Assembly: GCF_000143415.4 (NCBI RefSeq)
Contig: NW_003314334.1
Coordinates: 186,001-250,000 of the forward strand
Direction of reading: 5' to 3'
DNA: 64,000 bases
DNA from: Selaginella moellendorffii
Lineage: Eukaryota; Plantae; Lycopodiophyta
Below the pieces are notes generated by a model. It did not search any database and was not told the origin of the DNA. It saw only the letters and a list, made by a program, of their open reading frames with translations. The translations under genes and the position numbers were made by a program. Below are positions 1 through 12,400 of this stretch, in pieces; the first letter of the stretch is position 1; each line of letters starts with the position of its first letter.

Positions 1-176
1 AGACAACCTCATGTTGTCGTGCTCGGGCTCTTCTTCTTGATCGCTGCCTGCAAACAACGCACCAAAGTGAAACGAAGAAGAGCAGGAGATGGGCGACACT
101 CACTCTCGTCGCGGCATGCTTGCTCGCGGCGGTAATCAAACAGCGGCTCCAAATCGTCGTCCGCGCCGTCTGCCAT
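1..176 (-). CDS. 5' part of a SUMO-like RENi/Rad60-SLD (SUMO-v, At1g68185-like) gene; runs off the window edge
   Basis: ATG at 176. Exon 1 (176-104) encodes MADGADDDLEPLFDYRREQACRDE; GT-AG intron 103-48 (56 nt); exon 2 is open to base 1 (SSDQEEEPEHDNMRLS). The acidic-LEPLFDYRR N-terminus is recognised from memory as the signature of plant SUMO-v/RENi proteins. The SUMO-like domain itself is outside the window. Confidence 0.7.
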
Positions 177-186
177 CGCCCACAGG

Positions 187-2439
187 TTAGGGCTTTGGAG
201 CTTTGGCGATGTTGGAGAGCAGCACATAGGGCGCCGCATTGGTGGGCTGCATCTCCACCACATGCTGCGCGGCGCTGGATCCCCTCCCCGCGTCTCCGTG
301 CACGGCGCACGCCCCCAGCAGGCACTTCCACGCCCCAATGCCCGGCTCCACGGGCATGTTGTTCATCACCTCCTCCGCCACCTCCAGCTTCCCCGCCCGC
401 GCCAAAACGTCCACAACACACGCGTAGTGCTCCCGGCTGGGCACTATGCCCGCCTCCACCCCGCGCGCCAGCGCCTCGACCGCATCCGCCACCAGGCCGG
501 CATGGGTGCACGCATGCAACACCAGCGTAAGGCTCACCTCGTTGCCCGCCTCCCCCGCCAAGCCCATCTCGCCAAACAGCTCCAGCGCCTCCCGCGGCTG
601 CCCGTGATGCGAGTAGAGCCCCATCATGGCGTTCCACGACACCACGTCCACTCGAGTCGAGCACCGCCGCCTCATGTCGTCGAACGTCCTCCTCGCCGCC
701 TCCACGCTCCCGCACCTCCCGTACATGTCCATCAGCGCCGTCACCACCACCCTGTCGGTGTCGAAGCCGCTGGCAACGATCCGGGAGTGAGCCGCCCGCC
801 CCGCCCGGAGGTCCTTGAGCAACGAACAAGCGGTGGCGACGCAGCTGAAGGTGAAGGCGTTGGGATGGATGCCCTGCCAGTCCATGCACCGGACGAGCTT
901 GAGTGACTCCTCGCCTTGCTGCTGCTCCACGTAGCCGCTCATCAACACGTTCCACGACACCACACTCCGCCGCGGCATGCTGTCGAAACAGGCTCGCGCC
1001 TCGTCCAAGCTCCCGCATCGAGCATACATGTTGATGATCGAGTTCTGCAGCACGATGGAGTCATGGCCGCTGCGTCGCGCAGCGGAATGGACGGCTCTAG
1101 CAGCCGACAAGTCCCCCAGAACTGAGCACGCATTTGCAGCGGCAATCAGCGTCCCCGCATCCTGCGCTACTGATCGCTCTCGCATCTCGTCAAACAGGCC
1201 GAGTGCCTGGCTGGGGAGCCAGGCCTCCGTGTAGGCGGTGATCATCGCGTTCCACGCAACAGGATCGTTTTGGAAGCCCTTCCCGTCGCCAAAGACCTTT
1301 GCCGCTTCTTCCAGCCTTCCAAACTTGGAGTACATGTTCACCAGCGCAGTCCTCACCACCGCATCGTCTTCGAATCCGCACGACATTGCCCAGGAATGGA
1401 TCTGCATGCCCTGCTCCAAGCAGACGCAAGCACCAAGAACGCTGGCCGACGTGAAAGCGTTTGGCTTCAAGCCTTGGAGATGCATCTGGTGGTAGAGATA
1501 CATGGCCTCGTCAGGGTGGCCATACTCAACCCATGCCGCGATCATGGCGTTCCAAGATACTTGGTTCTTGTTGTCAGCCATGCTTGCAAACACACTCCTG
1601 GCACCCTCGATGCTCCCGCATTTCGCGTACATGTCGAGCAGCGCAGTGGCAAGCACAAGGTTAGAATCCAAGCCCAGAGCCGCCACCCGAGCATGAATAT
1701 TTCTTCCGGCGTCTACAAACTCCGGAGTGGAGCACGCCCCCAGCAAGTTGATGAACGTCAACATGTCCGGACCCAGGCCCTCGAGGTCAATGCAGCGAAA
1801 GAGATCAAAGGCCTCGTCCCCGAGGTCCAGGTGTGCATATCCGGCGATCATTGCGTTCCAGGAGGCGAGGCTCCTCACTTGCATCCCATCAAACAGACTC
1901 CTGGCGTCATCGATGCGGCCGCACTTGGCATACAAGTTAACGAGCGAGTTGTGCACCACAACATCTGGAGTCATTCCACTGTCGACGATTCTCCTGTGGA
2001 TCTCTTGCCCTCGCTGGAGATCGCCCACTGCGCAGTAGGCTCCCACAACGCTTGAGTAGACAAACATATCGGGCTGCACGCCCTCCTCTTGCATCCGCTC
2101 GTATAGCCTAAGTGCCATATCAAAATCCCCATTCTGGGCGAATGCTGCGATGATGATGCTCCACGAGTAGATGTCTCTGTATGCCAGCCGCTCAAAGGCA
2201 TCCCTTGCGTCGCCGAGGCTACGGCACTTTCCATACATTTGGACGAGGATATCACCCAGCACCTTGTCTCTGTCCAGCCCCCTCGCTATCATGTGCGAGT
2301 GAACCTGTTTGCCCGCCCACAGCGCCCTGGAGCGCCCACATTGCCGGAGAAGCGATGCATACGTAGCCTTACCTGGGTTGTCCTCGAGCACCTCGAGATC
2401 AACATCCACCAGCCGGGAGCTCTTGGGCGGTAGAGCCAT
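187..2439 (-). CDS. PLS-class pentatricopeptide repeat protein with E domain (no DYW); putative organellar RNA-editing specificity factor
   Basis: Intronless 750-aa ORF with repeated P-L-S motifs (SWNAMIAAY, ALVNMYSKCG), ending HYACVVDVLARAG..MPVEP..W..LLGAC..YVLLSN. Confidence 0.95.
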   Translation of the reverse strand: MALPPKSSRLVDVDLEVLEDNPGKATYASLLRQCGRSRALWAGKQVHSHMIARGLDRDKVLGDILVQMYGKCRSLGDARDAFERLAYRDIYSWSIIIAAFAQNGDFDMALRLYERMQEEGVQPDMFVYSSVVGAYCAVGDLQRGQEIHRRIVDSGMTPDVVVHNSLVNLYAKCGRIDDARSLFDGMQVRSLASWNAMIAGYAHLDLGDEAFDLFRCIDLEGLGPDMLTFINLLGACSTPEFVDAGRNIHARVAALGLDSNLVLATALLDMYAKCGSIEGARSVFASMADNKNQVSWNAMIAAWVEYGHPDEAMYLYHQMHLQGLKPNAFTSASVLGACVCLEQGMQIHSWAMSCGFEDDAVVRTALVNMYSKFGRLEEAAKVFGDGKGFQNDPVAWNAMITAYTEAWLPSQALGLFDEMRERSVAQDAGTLIAAANACSVLGDLSAARAVHSAARRSGHDSIVLQNSIINMYARCGSLDEARACFDSMPRRSVVSWNVLMSGYVEQQQGEESLKLVRCMDWQGIHPNAFTFSCVATACSLLKDLRAGRAAHSRIVASGFDTDRVVVTALMDMYGRCGSVEAARRTFDDMRRRCSTRVDVVSWNAMMGLYSHHGQPREALELFGEMGLAGEAGNEVSLTLVLHACTHAGLVADAVEALARGVEAGIVPSREHYACVVDVLARAGKLEVAEEVMNNMPVEPGIGAWKCLLGACAVHGDAGRGSSAAQHVVEMQPTNAAPYVLLSNIAKAPKP

Positions 2440-2732
2440 GTCATGACAGTGCAGGGATATGGGTCAAAAATGGCTTGATCGCAACTTTGAGCGGCCATTT
2501 ACAATGACGTATGTGCTTGGGAAGCCTCTGATTGATTGAGCGAGAAGCGCTTAAAGGAGGCCTGGTCCACTCGCCTCTTATACTTCCCAAAATCCGATCC
2601 TCCAAACCGACTATCGAGATGCTACGAACGTTTTAGCCCCACCAAAGTAGTTGTGGTGTCGCTCAAGCTCTTCGTAACAAGAAGATGGATTTTTGACAGG
2701 TTTCACCCCTTGTTGATCTCATCCATCATTGA

Positions 2733-3007
2733 CTGTTGGGAGTGTTCCATTTTGAAGCTCTCTCATCTTGTTTCTACTTCTCAAAGTTTAAGTTTGATGA
2801 GTGAACATTGGCAACTCGAGAATGTGTTCAGTTAAAAACTACTCAGCTCGGCGGAGAAGGTAAGCTATCACCTGTTGGGAGTGTTCCATTTTGAAGCTCT
2901 CTCATTTTGTTTCTACTTCTCAAAGTTTGAGTGAACATTGGCAACTCGAGAATGTGTTCAGTTAAAAACTACTCAGCTCGGCAGAGAAGGTAAGCTATCA
3001 CCTGTTG
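2733..3007. repeat. Direct tandem duplication (139 + 130 bp units) in the divergent PPR/peroxidase promoter
   Basis: Units start CTGTTGGGAGTGTTCC at 2733 and 2872. They differ by a 9-nt indel and about two substitutions; a partial third start (CTGTTG) lies at 3002. Confidence 0.95.
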
Positions 3008-3090
3008 TTGTGAACAAGGGAGAGGCTGTCGGTTGCCTGATGGTCTAGTAGTACCCAACCATAGGAGGAAAGAGAGAGCTAGCTATCTAG

Positions 3091-4327
<1,237 letters not shown>

Positions 4328-4650
4328 AACGTAAAGCGCATGCCGATGGTTAGAATGGAATAAATCACAGAAGACTTTGTTTTGCTGAACGTGTCCATGC
4401 GCCATTTCTCAACCACCACCTGATTAAGAAGTCTGCAGGTGGTATATCAATTTCATGTAGCAACCCTGGTAAATTTACTTTTTACATCTCTAACGAAAAT
4501 ATTATTTTACTTACAATTTTTGCCAACGCTGACTGACGGGTAACGTCCGAAATTGTTCTTTTTAGCCCTAATGCCACATCATCTTTTCTTTTGCCACGCA
4601 TGCGCCACATTGCACAACTTAATGAATTTTAAGGGGAAACCACACGGTTA

Positions 4651-4752
4651 ACACGTGCAAATGACATGGCATTCATCAGCACGTGTTAGCCGTGTGGCCT
4701 CTCGTGTAACGGCCACGTCAGTCATCTCAGCCGTTGCATCCAGCACACGTGG
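4651..4752. promoter_or_regulatory. Cluster of four ACGT-core G-box/ABRE-like elements
   Basis: ACACGTGC (4651), CACGTG (4680), GCCACGTCA (4712) and CACGTGG (4746) within ~100 bp, about 120 bp upstream of the ATG at 4873. Confidence 0.55.
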
Positions 4753-4872
4753 AATCGACGCACATAAACTTTCCAAGTGTCACCCTTTTTCGTAATTTCG
4801 AATCAGCCCTTCTTGGCCTACAAAGCCCTAAAGCAGTCAAACAAACGCGGGATCGCTGCTGCCCCAAGAAGA

Positions 4873-5827
4873 ATGGCGTCCTCCGCAGCGGTGGCGGGAA
4901 ATCTTGCCGCTGCGTTCGGCAGCAGCAGCAGCAGCAGCCAGGTAGTGCTTAGGAACGACGATCGATGCGCGATAGCATTCTTTGCTCGGCCCGGCAGATT
5001 GAGGGGGCTCGATTCTCTTAGAGTAGCCACTAGGACTAGAGCCACCACGGGTTGCAACGCTGGGAACCTGGTGTTTGACGCGGTGGAAAGCGCATCCTGT
5101 TCGACTCCCATTGACAGGAGTAGCTTCTGGTTGCAGCCTTTGTCCCTGTCACAGCCATGCTCGGACATGAGGACGTTAGACAAGTGGGTGCAAGATCACA
5201 TAGTCGAGGTAATGTTTCTCTTTTGACGCTGTCCTGAGATGTATGCTGATAATTATATGGCGGCTGGCCTGCCAGATAGTGAAGAACATTCGGGAGGCAC
5301 CATTCCTCCAGTACATATTCGATTCGAAGGGCATTAGGACGCAGAGGCGCAGGGTGCCTCCGAGTGCCTTGGAGCATACCCCGTCCGAGTGCTGGAACTA
5401 CGTGAGGGAGTCTGTAACGACTGCGTCTCCGGATGGTTTAATCCTCGTCCGGAAGCTTGACGAGCAAACATCCAGACTGGTTCGCGACGCACGATCGCTG
5501 TCTGCTGCTGGCCAATGCCCCATGCAAGATAGCCTCTGCCTCCGGAGATCGCTCGACTTGACCCGGACGTGTGGACGTGACAAGGCCGCCGGCAACACCC
5601 AGTCAACAAAGGACGGCGGCGATGGCGATGGCGATGGCAGCAGCGTAGATGTGTGGGGGGTTTTGGTACAGGGAAAAGGCGACGCAGGCAGTTCGTGCTA
5701 CATACTGGAGACAACTCGCGCTGTCGTCCCCGGCGGGACGTCGTGCACCAGATTTTGTCTCACAAGGGCGCAGTGCTTTGGACCGTCCCTCCAGGCGCAA
5801 ATGGTATTGATGTGGCTGCAAAAATGA
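4873..5827 (+). CDS. Uncharacterised conserved land-plant protein with possible plastid transit peptide, 2 exons (4873-5208, 5276-5827)
   Basis: Ser/Ala/Arg-rich N-terminus. A GT-AG intron joins LDKWVQDHIVE to IVKNIREAPFL. The motifs PDGLILV, WGVLVQG, CYILET and CTRFCL resemble a plant family of unknown function. Confidence 0.75.
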
Positions 5828-6837
5828 TACGTCGCCTGTCTATAGCCAGCCCAGCCCCCCCCCCTCTGAAACAAAGCTACCCAGGAAACTGGGTGTTTGT
5901 CACAATGCCATTGATTCGCGTAAGTTACGCTTAACGAATGTGATGAGGGCACATGGGAGCATATGACTTTTAGCTGCATGGCCCATGTTCCTGCTTACGA
6001 ATGCCTCTCCTACTTTTTCTTTTTTGGTTTTTGTGCATCATTCTGGATGAGGGGAGGAAATCCTCCCCAGTTCTGCAAATTCTCTTGTTGCTCTCGCGTG
6101 ATGTAATCGTCCTCTAATCCTCTAATCATCTGGCGGCGTCCTTGTAACTTGTGTGACGGTTTCTCCATTCACTCGGCTGGTGGCGTCTTGTGGCCCAACC
6201 AAGCTTTCACATCAACGAGGCGAGTCCAATTTAGCAGAGGCCAGCAAGCCAGCTGGAGCTCCAAGGTGTCGGTCAGGCGCAACGGCCTAGAGCCGGTGGC
6301 TGGCGGGCTTGTGGCGCCCCAATGGATTACGTGCAACCGGCCATTGCCGGTTGCCAGCCCATTATTCTTTGTTAAATATTCCCTTGACGTGGAAATGGAA
6401 GAAAATAGCTTAAGCAACAGGCACGTCTGCTCCGGAAACGCGGGCGAGGCGAGGCGAGCAATCTGGGTGGGGGATGTGCCCAGCGCTGGATCCAGCTCCA
6501 TTTCACACCCTCTGCGGCGGCAGCGCTCATCCTCTCCAGCTCAAATCGGTAAGTTTCCAGGCTCCGTGGCCGCATTTGGCAGGTGCCACGCTCCAACAAT
6601 TCCTTCCAGGAGATGTGACTACACACAGCGGCGAGACATGGAAGAGTGTGCAGTCGCGGGCGAGGAGGCGGATCAAGATCGGTCACTGTGCGGTCGGCAG
6701 AGTATCAAGGCCAGTGGTTTTGGCTTCCCCGCGGCGGCCCCGATTAGCATCAACATGATTTTGGCATCGCCAACCAATCCAGCTCTGCTGCATTGCTGCT
6801 GCTAGGTCTTCGGGGCGGGGGATCGAGGGCGCCAGAG

Positions 6838-8906
6838 ATGTGGTGGTTTGTGAAGCTCGACGCGCTGGCCATTCTTGTAGGTATGATGGTGATAGAGTCT
6901 TGGGGCGATTGCTCGAGCTCGTCCGGCCGATTGGACGCGGAGGAGATCTGCGGGCGCGGCAACCGCAGAAGCGTTGCGAGGCCGCACAGTGTGTCCATCA
7001 CAGAGTTCGGAGCTGTCGGGGATGGGCAAACCGTGAACACGGTGGCGTTTCAGAATGCCGTCTTTTATCTGCAGTCGTTTGCTCACAAGGGTGGCGCGCA
7101 ACTCTACGTGCCCGCCGGCAGGTGGCTAACGGGCAGCTTCACGCTCATCAGTCACCTGACGCTCTTTCTCGACACGGGCTCCGTCATCCTCGCCTCTCAG
7201 GTCAGGTCGGCCGGCCTTTCCAATTGGATGTCGCTCACCCTGCTTGCTTGTTTCTTCGATTCGGTAGGATCCACACGACTGGCCTTTAATAGATCCATTG
7301 CCGTCGTACGGGAGGGGCAGGGACCTCCCGGGTCGGAGGCACAGGAGTCTAGTCTATGGCAAGGATGTGGAAGATGTAGTGATTACAGGTGAGATACTGT
7401 ATCCTCCTCGCTTTTCTTGTGTGAAGCACAGTTGCTCTGTCACAGGTGGAAATGGGACAATAGACGGGCAGGGATCGGTGTGGTGGCACTGGTTCCGTAA
7501 TCAGTCCCTGAATTATACAAGGGGCCACTTGGTGGAGTTCATCAATTCGAAAAACATCGTGGTGTCAAATATTAGTCTCCTGAATTCACCATCCTGGACC
7601 ATCCACCCTGTTTATTGCAGGTTTGTCTGATAGGTGTAGTAGCACTTCTGCTAGAGTCCTGGATTTTTTTTAAAATTTTTTTTTTCGTGCTCTAACGAGT
7701 TACCGTGTGTTGTTGGTTTCTGGTTTTGAAAGCAATGTTGTCATCAGAGGCGTGACCGTGGTTGCCCCTTCGGAGTCACCCAACACTGATGGTGTCCAAC
7801 CAGGTAACAATTCTTGACAACCCTCTACTTCATCCAGGCTTTTCACGTACTTGAGCAACCATGGGAGTGGACCATGGTTCTCGACTCTGACTTTTTTTCA
7901 CACAACTACTTAGTTGCTTTTTCTTCTACGTTTAGCGATTCCTTGCTGGAATTTTGTCGCTTGTTTTCGAACCCTTGGCTGTTTCGAAACAGAGCTCTTG
8001 CTAACAGTGAGTTAGATGGTAACCCAGGCCCAAAGGAGCGAGGCACTGTTGTTTAAGGAACCGGCAAGATGCAGGTATAGCATCTTTTGGGTTTACTACT
8101 ATTTTGACTGTGGGTTTCATTACGTGAGCTCCCACCCTGTGCTCTTTGCATGGGCCTCTGGTTGTTGATCTCGTGGGATGGATCACTCAACTCCGTCCAT
8201 CCATTTTCCATTCTCTGATTCTAATCCAGATAAACACGTGCCCTGTGCAGATTCTTGTACCGGCGTCTGCATTGAGGACTGCGCGATAACCAGCGGCGGC
8301 GACGCTGTCTCGGTCAAGAGCGGCTGGGACGAGTATGGCATCCAGGTTGGGCTCCCGAGTGCCAAGGTCGTGATCCGGCGAATCACGGCCCAGGCACCCG
8401 CCAGCGCCGCCATCGCCTTTGGCAGTGAGATGTCGGGCGGGATAAAGAATGTGGTGGTGGAGGACGTTCGAGTGTTCAACTCAAAGATCGGAGTCCACGT
8501 TAAGACTGGCGCGGGCCGCGGAGGCTACGTCAAGAACATCTCGGTCACCAACGTCACCATGGACAGTGTGCTCACGGCAATCGCCTTGAGCGGCAACAGT
8601 AGCAGCGAGCATCCTGACGAGGGCTACGACCCGCTGGCGTACCCGGTGGTGAGAGGGATTTACGTGAACAAGGTTTGGGGCCGGAACATCTCCCACGCCG
8701 GAAGCCTGAGAGGTTTGGAGGCGGCCCCGTTTGAGGACATATGCTTGTCCAACATAACTCTCGAGGTTGACGAGGCCTCGCAGGGATCCAAGTGGGACTG
8801 CTCCAACGTCAAAGGAGCCTCTCTCGGCGTCACTCCAACGCCGTGCCGCCAGCTCCAAAATCTCCTGGTCCTCGTCCTCCCCACTCGGACCTTGACAAGT
8901 CAATGA
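6838..8906 (+). CDS. Glycoside hydrolase family 28 polygalacturonase-like protein, 5 exons (approx. 6838-7200, 7268-7388, 7446-7620, 7733-7803, 8251-8906)
   Basis: Signal peptide, FGAVGDG, WLTGSF, LPSYGRGR, GTIDGQG, SPNTDG, GDAVSVKSGWDEYG, GSEMSGG, KTGAGRGG. A probable 5'UTR intron lies at ~6549-6804. Confidence 0.93.
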
Positions 8907-9038
8907 CCCCCCCACGTACTTTTGTAATAAGTAAAGGAGTTCGTACCTATATTATATATACATGAGAGTCCGTACAGACTTGAACGTCCACCGTCGGATC
9001 CCCAGGCCCGAATCCAATCCAGTGGCTTTCTCCCGCGG

Positions 9039-9115
9039 ACACGTGGCGAGAGGGCATTGGCGACAGCGCTGAGAATTACCGTGGACGCAAGGGCCCTGCT
9101 CTCTTACCTATAAAA
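9039..9115 (+). promoter_or_regulatory. G-box and TATA box upstream of the helicase gene
   Basis: ACACGTGGC at 9039-9047 and TATAAAA at 9109-9115, followed by a CT/GA-rich leader and a GT-AG leader intron at ~9349-9445. Confidence 0.55.
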
Positions 9116-9235
9116 TGCGGCTGCCCCTCTCTCCCAGAGAGAAGAGAGAGCCTGAGGAAGAATTCTAGAGCGCTGTGCTCGCCTCCACCAAGAGGAGCAA
9201 GTCAGCGAAGTTGAGAGAGGGATTGGAGGAGCGGC

Positions 9236-9285
9236 GGGCGGGCGGGCGGGCGGGCGGGCGGGCGGACGGGCGGCGGCGGCGGCGG
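9236..9285 (+). repeat. (GGGC)7 followed by (GGC)n; predicted G-quadruplex in the helicase 5' leader
   Basis: Seven perfect GGGC units at 9236-9263, then GGAC GGGC and GGC repeats. Confidence 0.9.
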
Positions 9286-9448
9286 TCAGGATGGAGAAGG
9301 AGTGGTGGATTAGGATGGAGCAGGAGTGGTGGATTGGAAGTTTGTCCAGGTGCGAGACGTATTGCGTTGTGGCCGACGAGGATAACCCTAGGTGACCCTA
9401 TTATGTGATGCCGGATTATTACTAGTAGTAGTTACGAGTTCTAGGACG

Positions 9449-12400
9449 ATGGAGCTCGATCTGAATTTACCGCCTCCATCGCCCAAGGCTCCTGATGCCG
9501 ACACGGCGGGACAAGCGGCATGCCCCTCCTCGAGCAGCGGTGACAAGCCACCCGTCAAGGTAGAAAAGGCGCGGAGGAGCGCGAGGCTGGCCAAGCAACA
9601 GTCGGACAACTTCATGGAGCCGCCGGAAGATACAAGCGCTGCTGTTTGTAGTAAAGCAGTGGAGAGTAGTGCTCGGCCACCCGACAGTACTCGGCCACCC
9701 GAGGCGCCAACGCCAGCCCCCCAGAGAAAAGCGGTCACCACCCTCCCCAGGCAAGCTGCTGTAGCCAAGAACGACGAGAAGCTGGGCAAGAAGCGTACGA
9801 GGCAGACGATGGTGCTGGAGTTAGGCGAGTCCTTGCAAATAGCACGTCCGCCGAAAGTCCCGACACCGGTTGTGCGGAGCGTAGGAGTTCGGCAACAGCT
9901 TAAAGAAGCCAGAGAGAATGTGGAGTCGTGCTTCGAGACCAACAAGGACGACAACTGTAATGGACCCCTCGATGCCAAAGAGAGGCCCCGAGATGCGCAG
10001 CTTAAGCCGCAATTCCAGAGGCCGAATGTTCGACGACAGCATGGTGAGAATGGAGGGAATGGAGGTGAAGAGCGCGCACCAATTAGGAGGCAAGCTCCAT
10101 TCAAGCGTGCTGCTGCAGCATCTCAACCTCTGGACGCGTCTATTGAAAGGCTCCATCGAGAGGCTACCTGCAGCAAGCTGTGGCAACAATCAGGTTTGTT
10201 ATATTCTCCGGTAATACGGTAGTTTTTTTCCTGTTTTTCTTTTTTTTTTTTGGCCTTGGTTTTTCCTGTCTTTTTCTTCTTCGAAAGAGAGAAAATGGTT
10301 AGGGTCGCTGACTAAGTCAGATGCTGGCAACATTATGACGCTAGATGCTTCATAGTTTCTGTCAGTGTTATGCTTACTCACGTACTGTTTTTCTACAGTT
10401 TTGAGTCGACTGTGTGTGTAACATGGCAAGCAGCTGCCGCTCTTTATATGCAAGTCCACCAAAAGGTTCATCGGACGTGGAAGAGCAAGGGATTTTGCTC
10501 AATGAAAATTGCAGCGCTGCTGTTTGGGCTGATCGCACAGAGTAGTTATCAAACCTGCTTGGGCGTGTAGGACTACGTATCTGGGATGGATTTTTGACGG
10601 TGTAAAAGTCTGTGCAGGCCAACCAGCGGAGACAGAGCTGCAGCGCGTTCCAGGAAGCTTTGCATCTTTAGAAGAATACGTACAAGTATTCGAACCACTA
10701 CTGTTTGAAGAGTGCCGGGCACAGCTGTTCAATGTCTGGGAGGAGCTTCGTGACTCAGGAAAGGAAGTACACACTTCCGCGATGATCAAAGCAGTTGATA
10801 AACGCGACAGAGGTATGTGCCTTGTGATTCTGGTTCTGATTCTGATGCATGGTAACTAAACATTTGTTACCAGGATGGTACGATGTCACTTTACTTCCTC
10901 TGGACGCTCGTACTCGCTTTAACTTCAAAGAAGGCGACGTGGCAGTTTTGTCGACACCGCCTCAAGGTAGTGTGTCCATTTGTCTTTCTCAAAAGAAATT
11001 GAGCTTTAAGCTGGTGCTTATAATACAGACGCTCAACGCAAGAATGGCAGTGAAGATGCCAAAGAGGAAGGCGAAATATCGATTCACATTGCTGGTATTG
11101 CCCGCCGGTACATGCCCCTTGACGTTCGTGACGCCCATGGAGCTGTTATGTTCATCAACTTTTCCGAACTTAACGGAGATACTGGGTGAGTTATTTCCGT
11201 TTGAGCTAAACTTTGCTATCGTTGTCTAACTCGGTTTTGTTTGAAGAGGTGGCTACCCCAATCACTTGTTGGACGACTTGCGTCAAGGTGGTGTATGGTC
11301 GTTCACTGTTTTAGGAGGCCTTGCGACTACACAGCGTGAATATGTTGCCCTTCATGCTCTCTACCGCCTGCACCCTCAGGTAAATTGTTTTCTTGGTTCT
11401 TTCATGGATTTTACGAGTGGTCCATTCACAGATGCTCAAGGCGATATTGCAGCCACGGCCCGAGCTATTTCCTCGCTATGACCAGGAGCAAGCGGTTATG
11501 CTTAGCTGTTTCACTCCAGGGTTTACTGAGTACTTGCGCAACAATTTCAATGCTCCGCAACTGTCGGCTATACAATGGGCGGCTATGCACACGGCTGCCG
11601 GCACTGCTGCAGCTACGAGATCACAGGAAATATGGCCTTTTAGCCTGGTGCAAGGGCCGCCTGGGACAGGGAAAACACATACGGTCTGGGGGATGCTGAA
11701 CGCTATCCACCTTGTGCAGTATCAGAGGTACTACACCGCTCTCCTCAAGAAAATTGCACCTGGTGCAGTAGTCTCGGATGCTTCTGCTGGCGATGACGAG
11801 CAGGGAGGGTGGATTGATGAGGTTTTGCAGAAGATGGACAAGAGTCTCCTCCGACAGCTTCCAAAGCTTTGCCCGAAGCCCCGGATGCTTGTCTGTGCTC
11901 CCTCGAATGCAGCAACAGATGAACTGCTTTCTCGTGTGCTGGACAAAGGTTTTATGGACGGCGAGATGAGGGTATATCGGCCTGACGTGGCTCGCGTGGG
12001 AACAGATCCGCAGTCCAAGGCAGCGCAGGCAGTTTCCGTGGAAAAGAGAACGGAGTCGCTCATTGGAAAAGGGCGGGACGAGATTTTAGAGTGGCTTCAG
12101 CGGATGCGGCTGCGGGAGTATGCTCTATCACAGCATATAGCGGTGCTACAAAAGGACTTAAATGCCAGTCGGGTCCAGGGCGCAGTCGGTGTCGAGCCCG
12201 AGGTGCTTACGGCCCGCGACCAGGCCAGAGACATGAAGCTGCAGCAGCTGGCATCGCTGCTGGAAGAAAGAGATAAGGTGCTGGTTGACATGTCCCGGTT
12301 TGTGATTGTTGACAACCTTCATAAGCCGGGTGGTGGATATGGTCTCGAGGACGCGAAGAGCAAGCTCGAAGCGAGCTTTGCGAATGAGGCGGAGATCGTG

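Noticed and set aside
120-2498. Many overlapping 60-260 aa ORFs on both strands of the first PPR gene (likewise over the second PPR, H2B and ABCB)
   Set aside because: Expected shadow ORFs of GC-rich coding DNA; no recognisable motifs.
6149-6805. 218-aa ORF and short palindromes upstream of the GH28 gene
   Set aside because: TTG start, no family resemblance, and it overlaps the probable promoter and leader intron. Palindromes of 8 bp are not significant alone.
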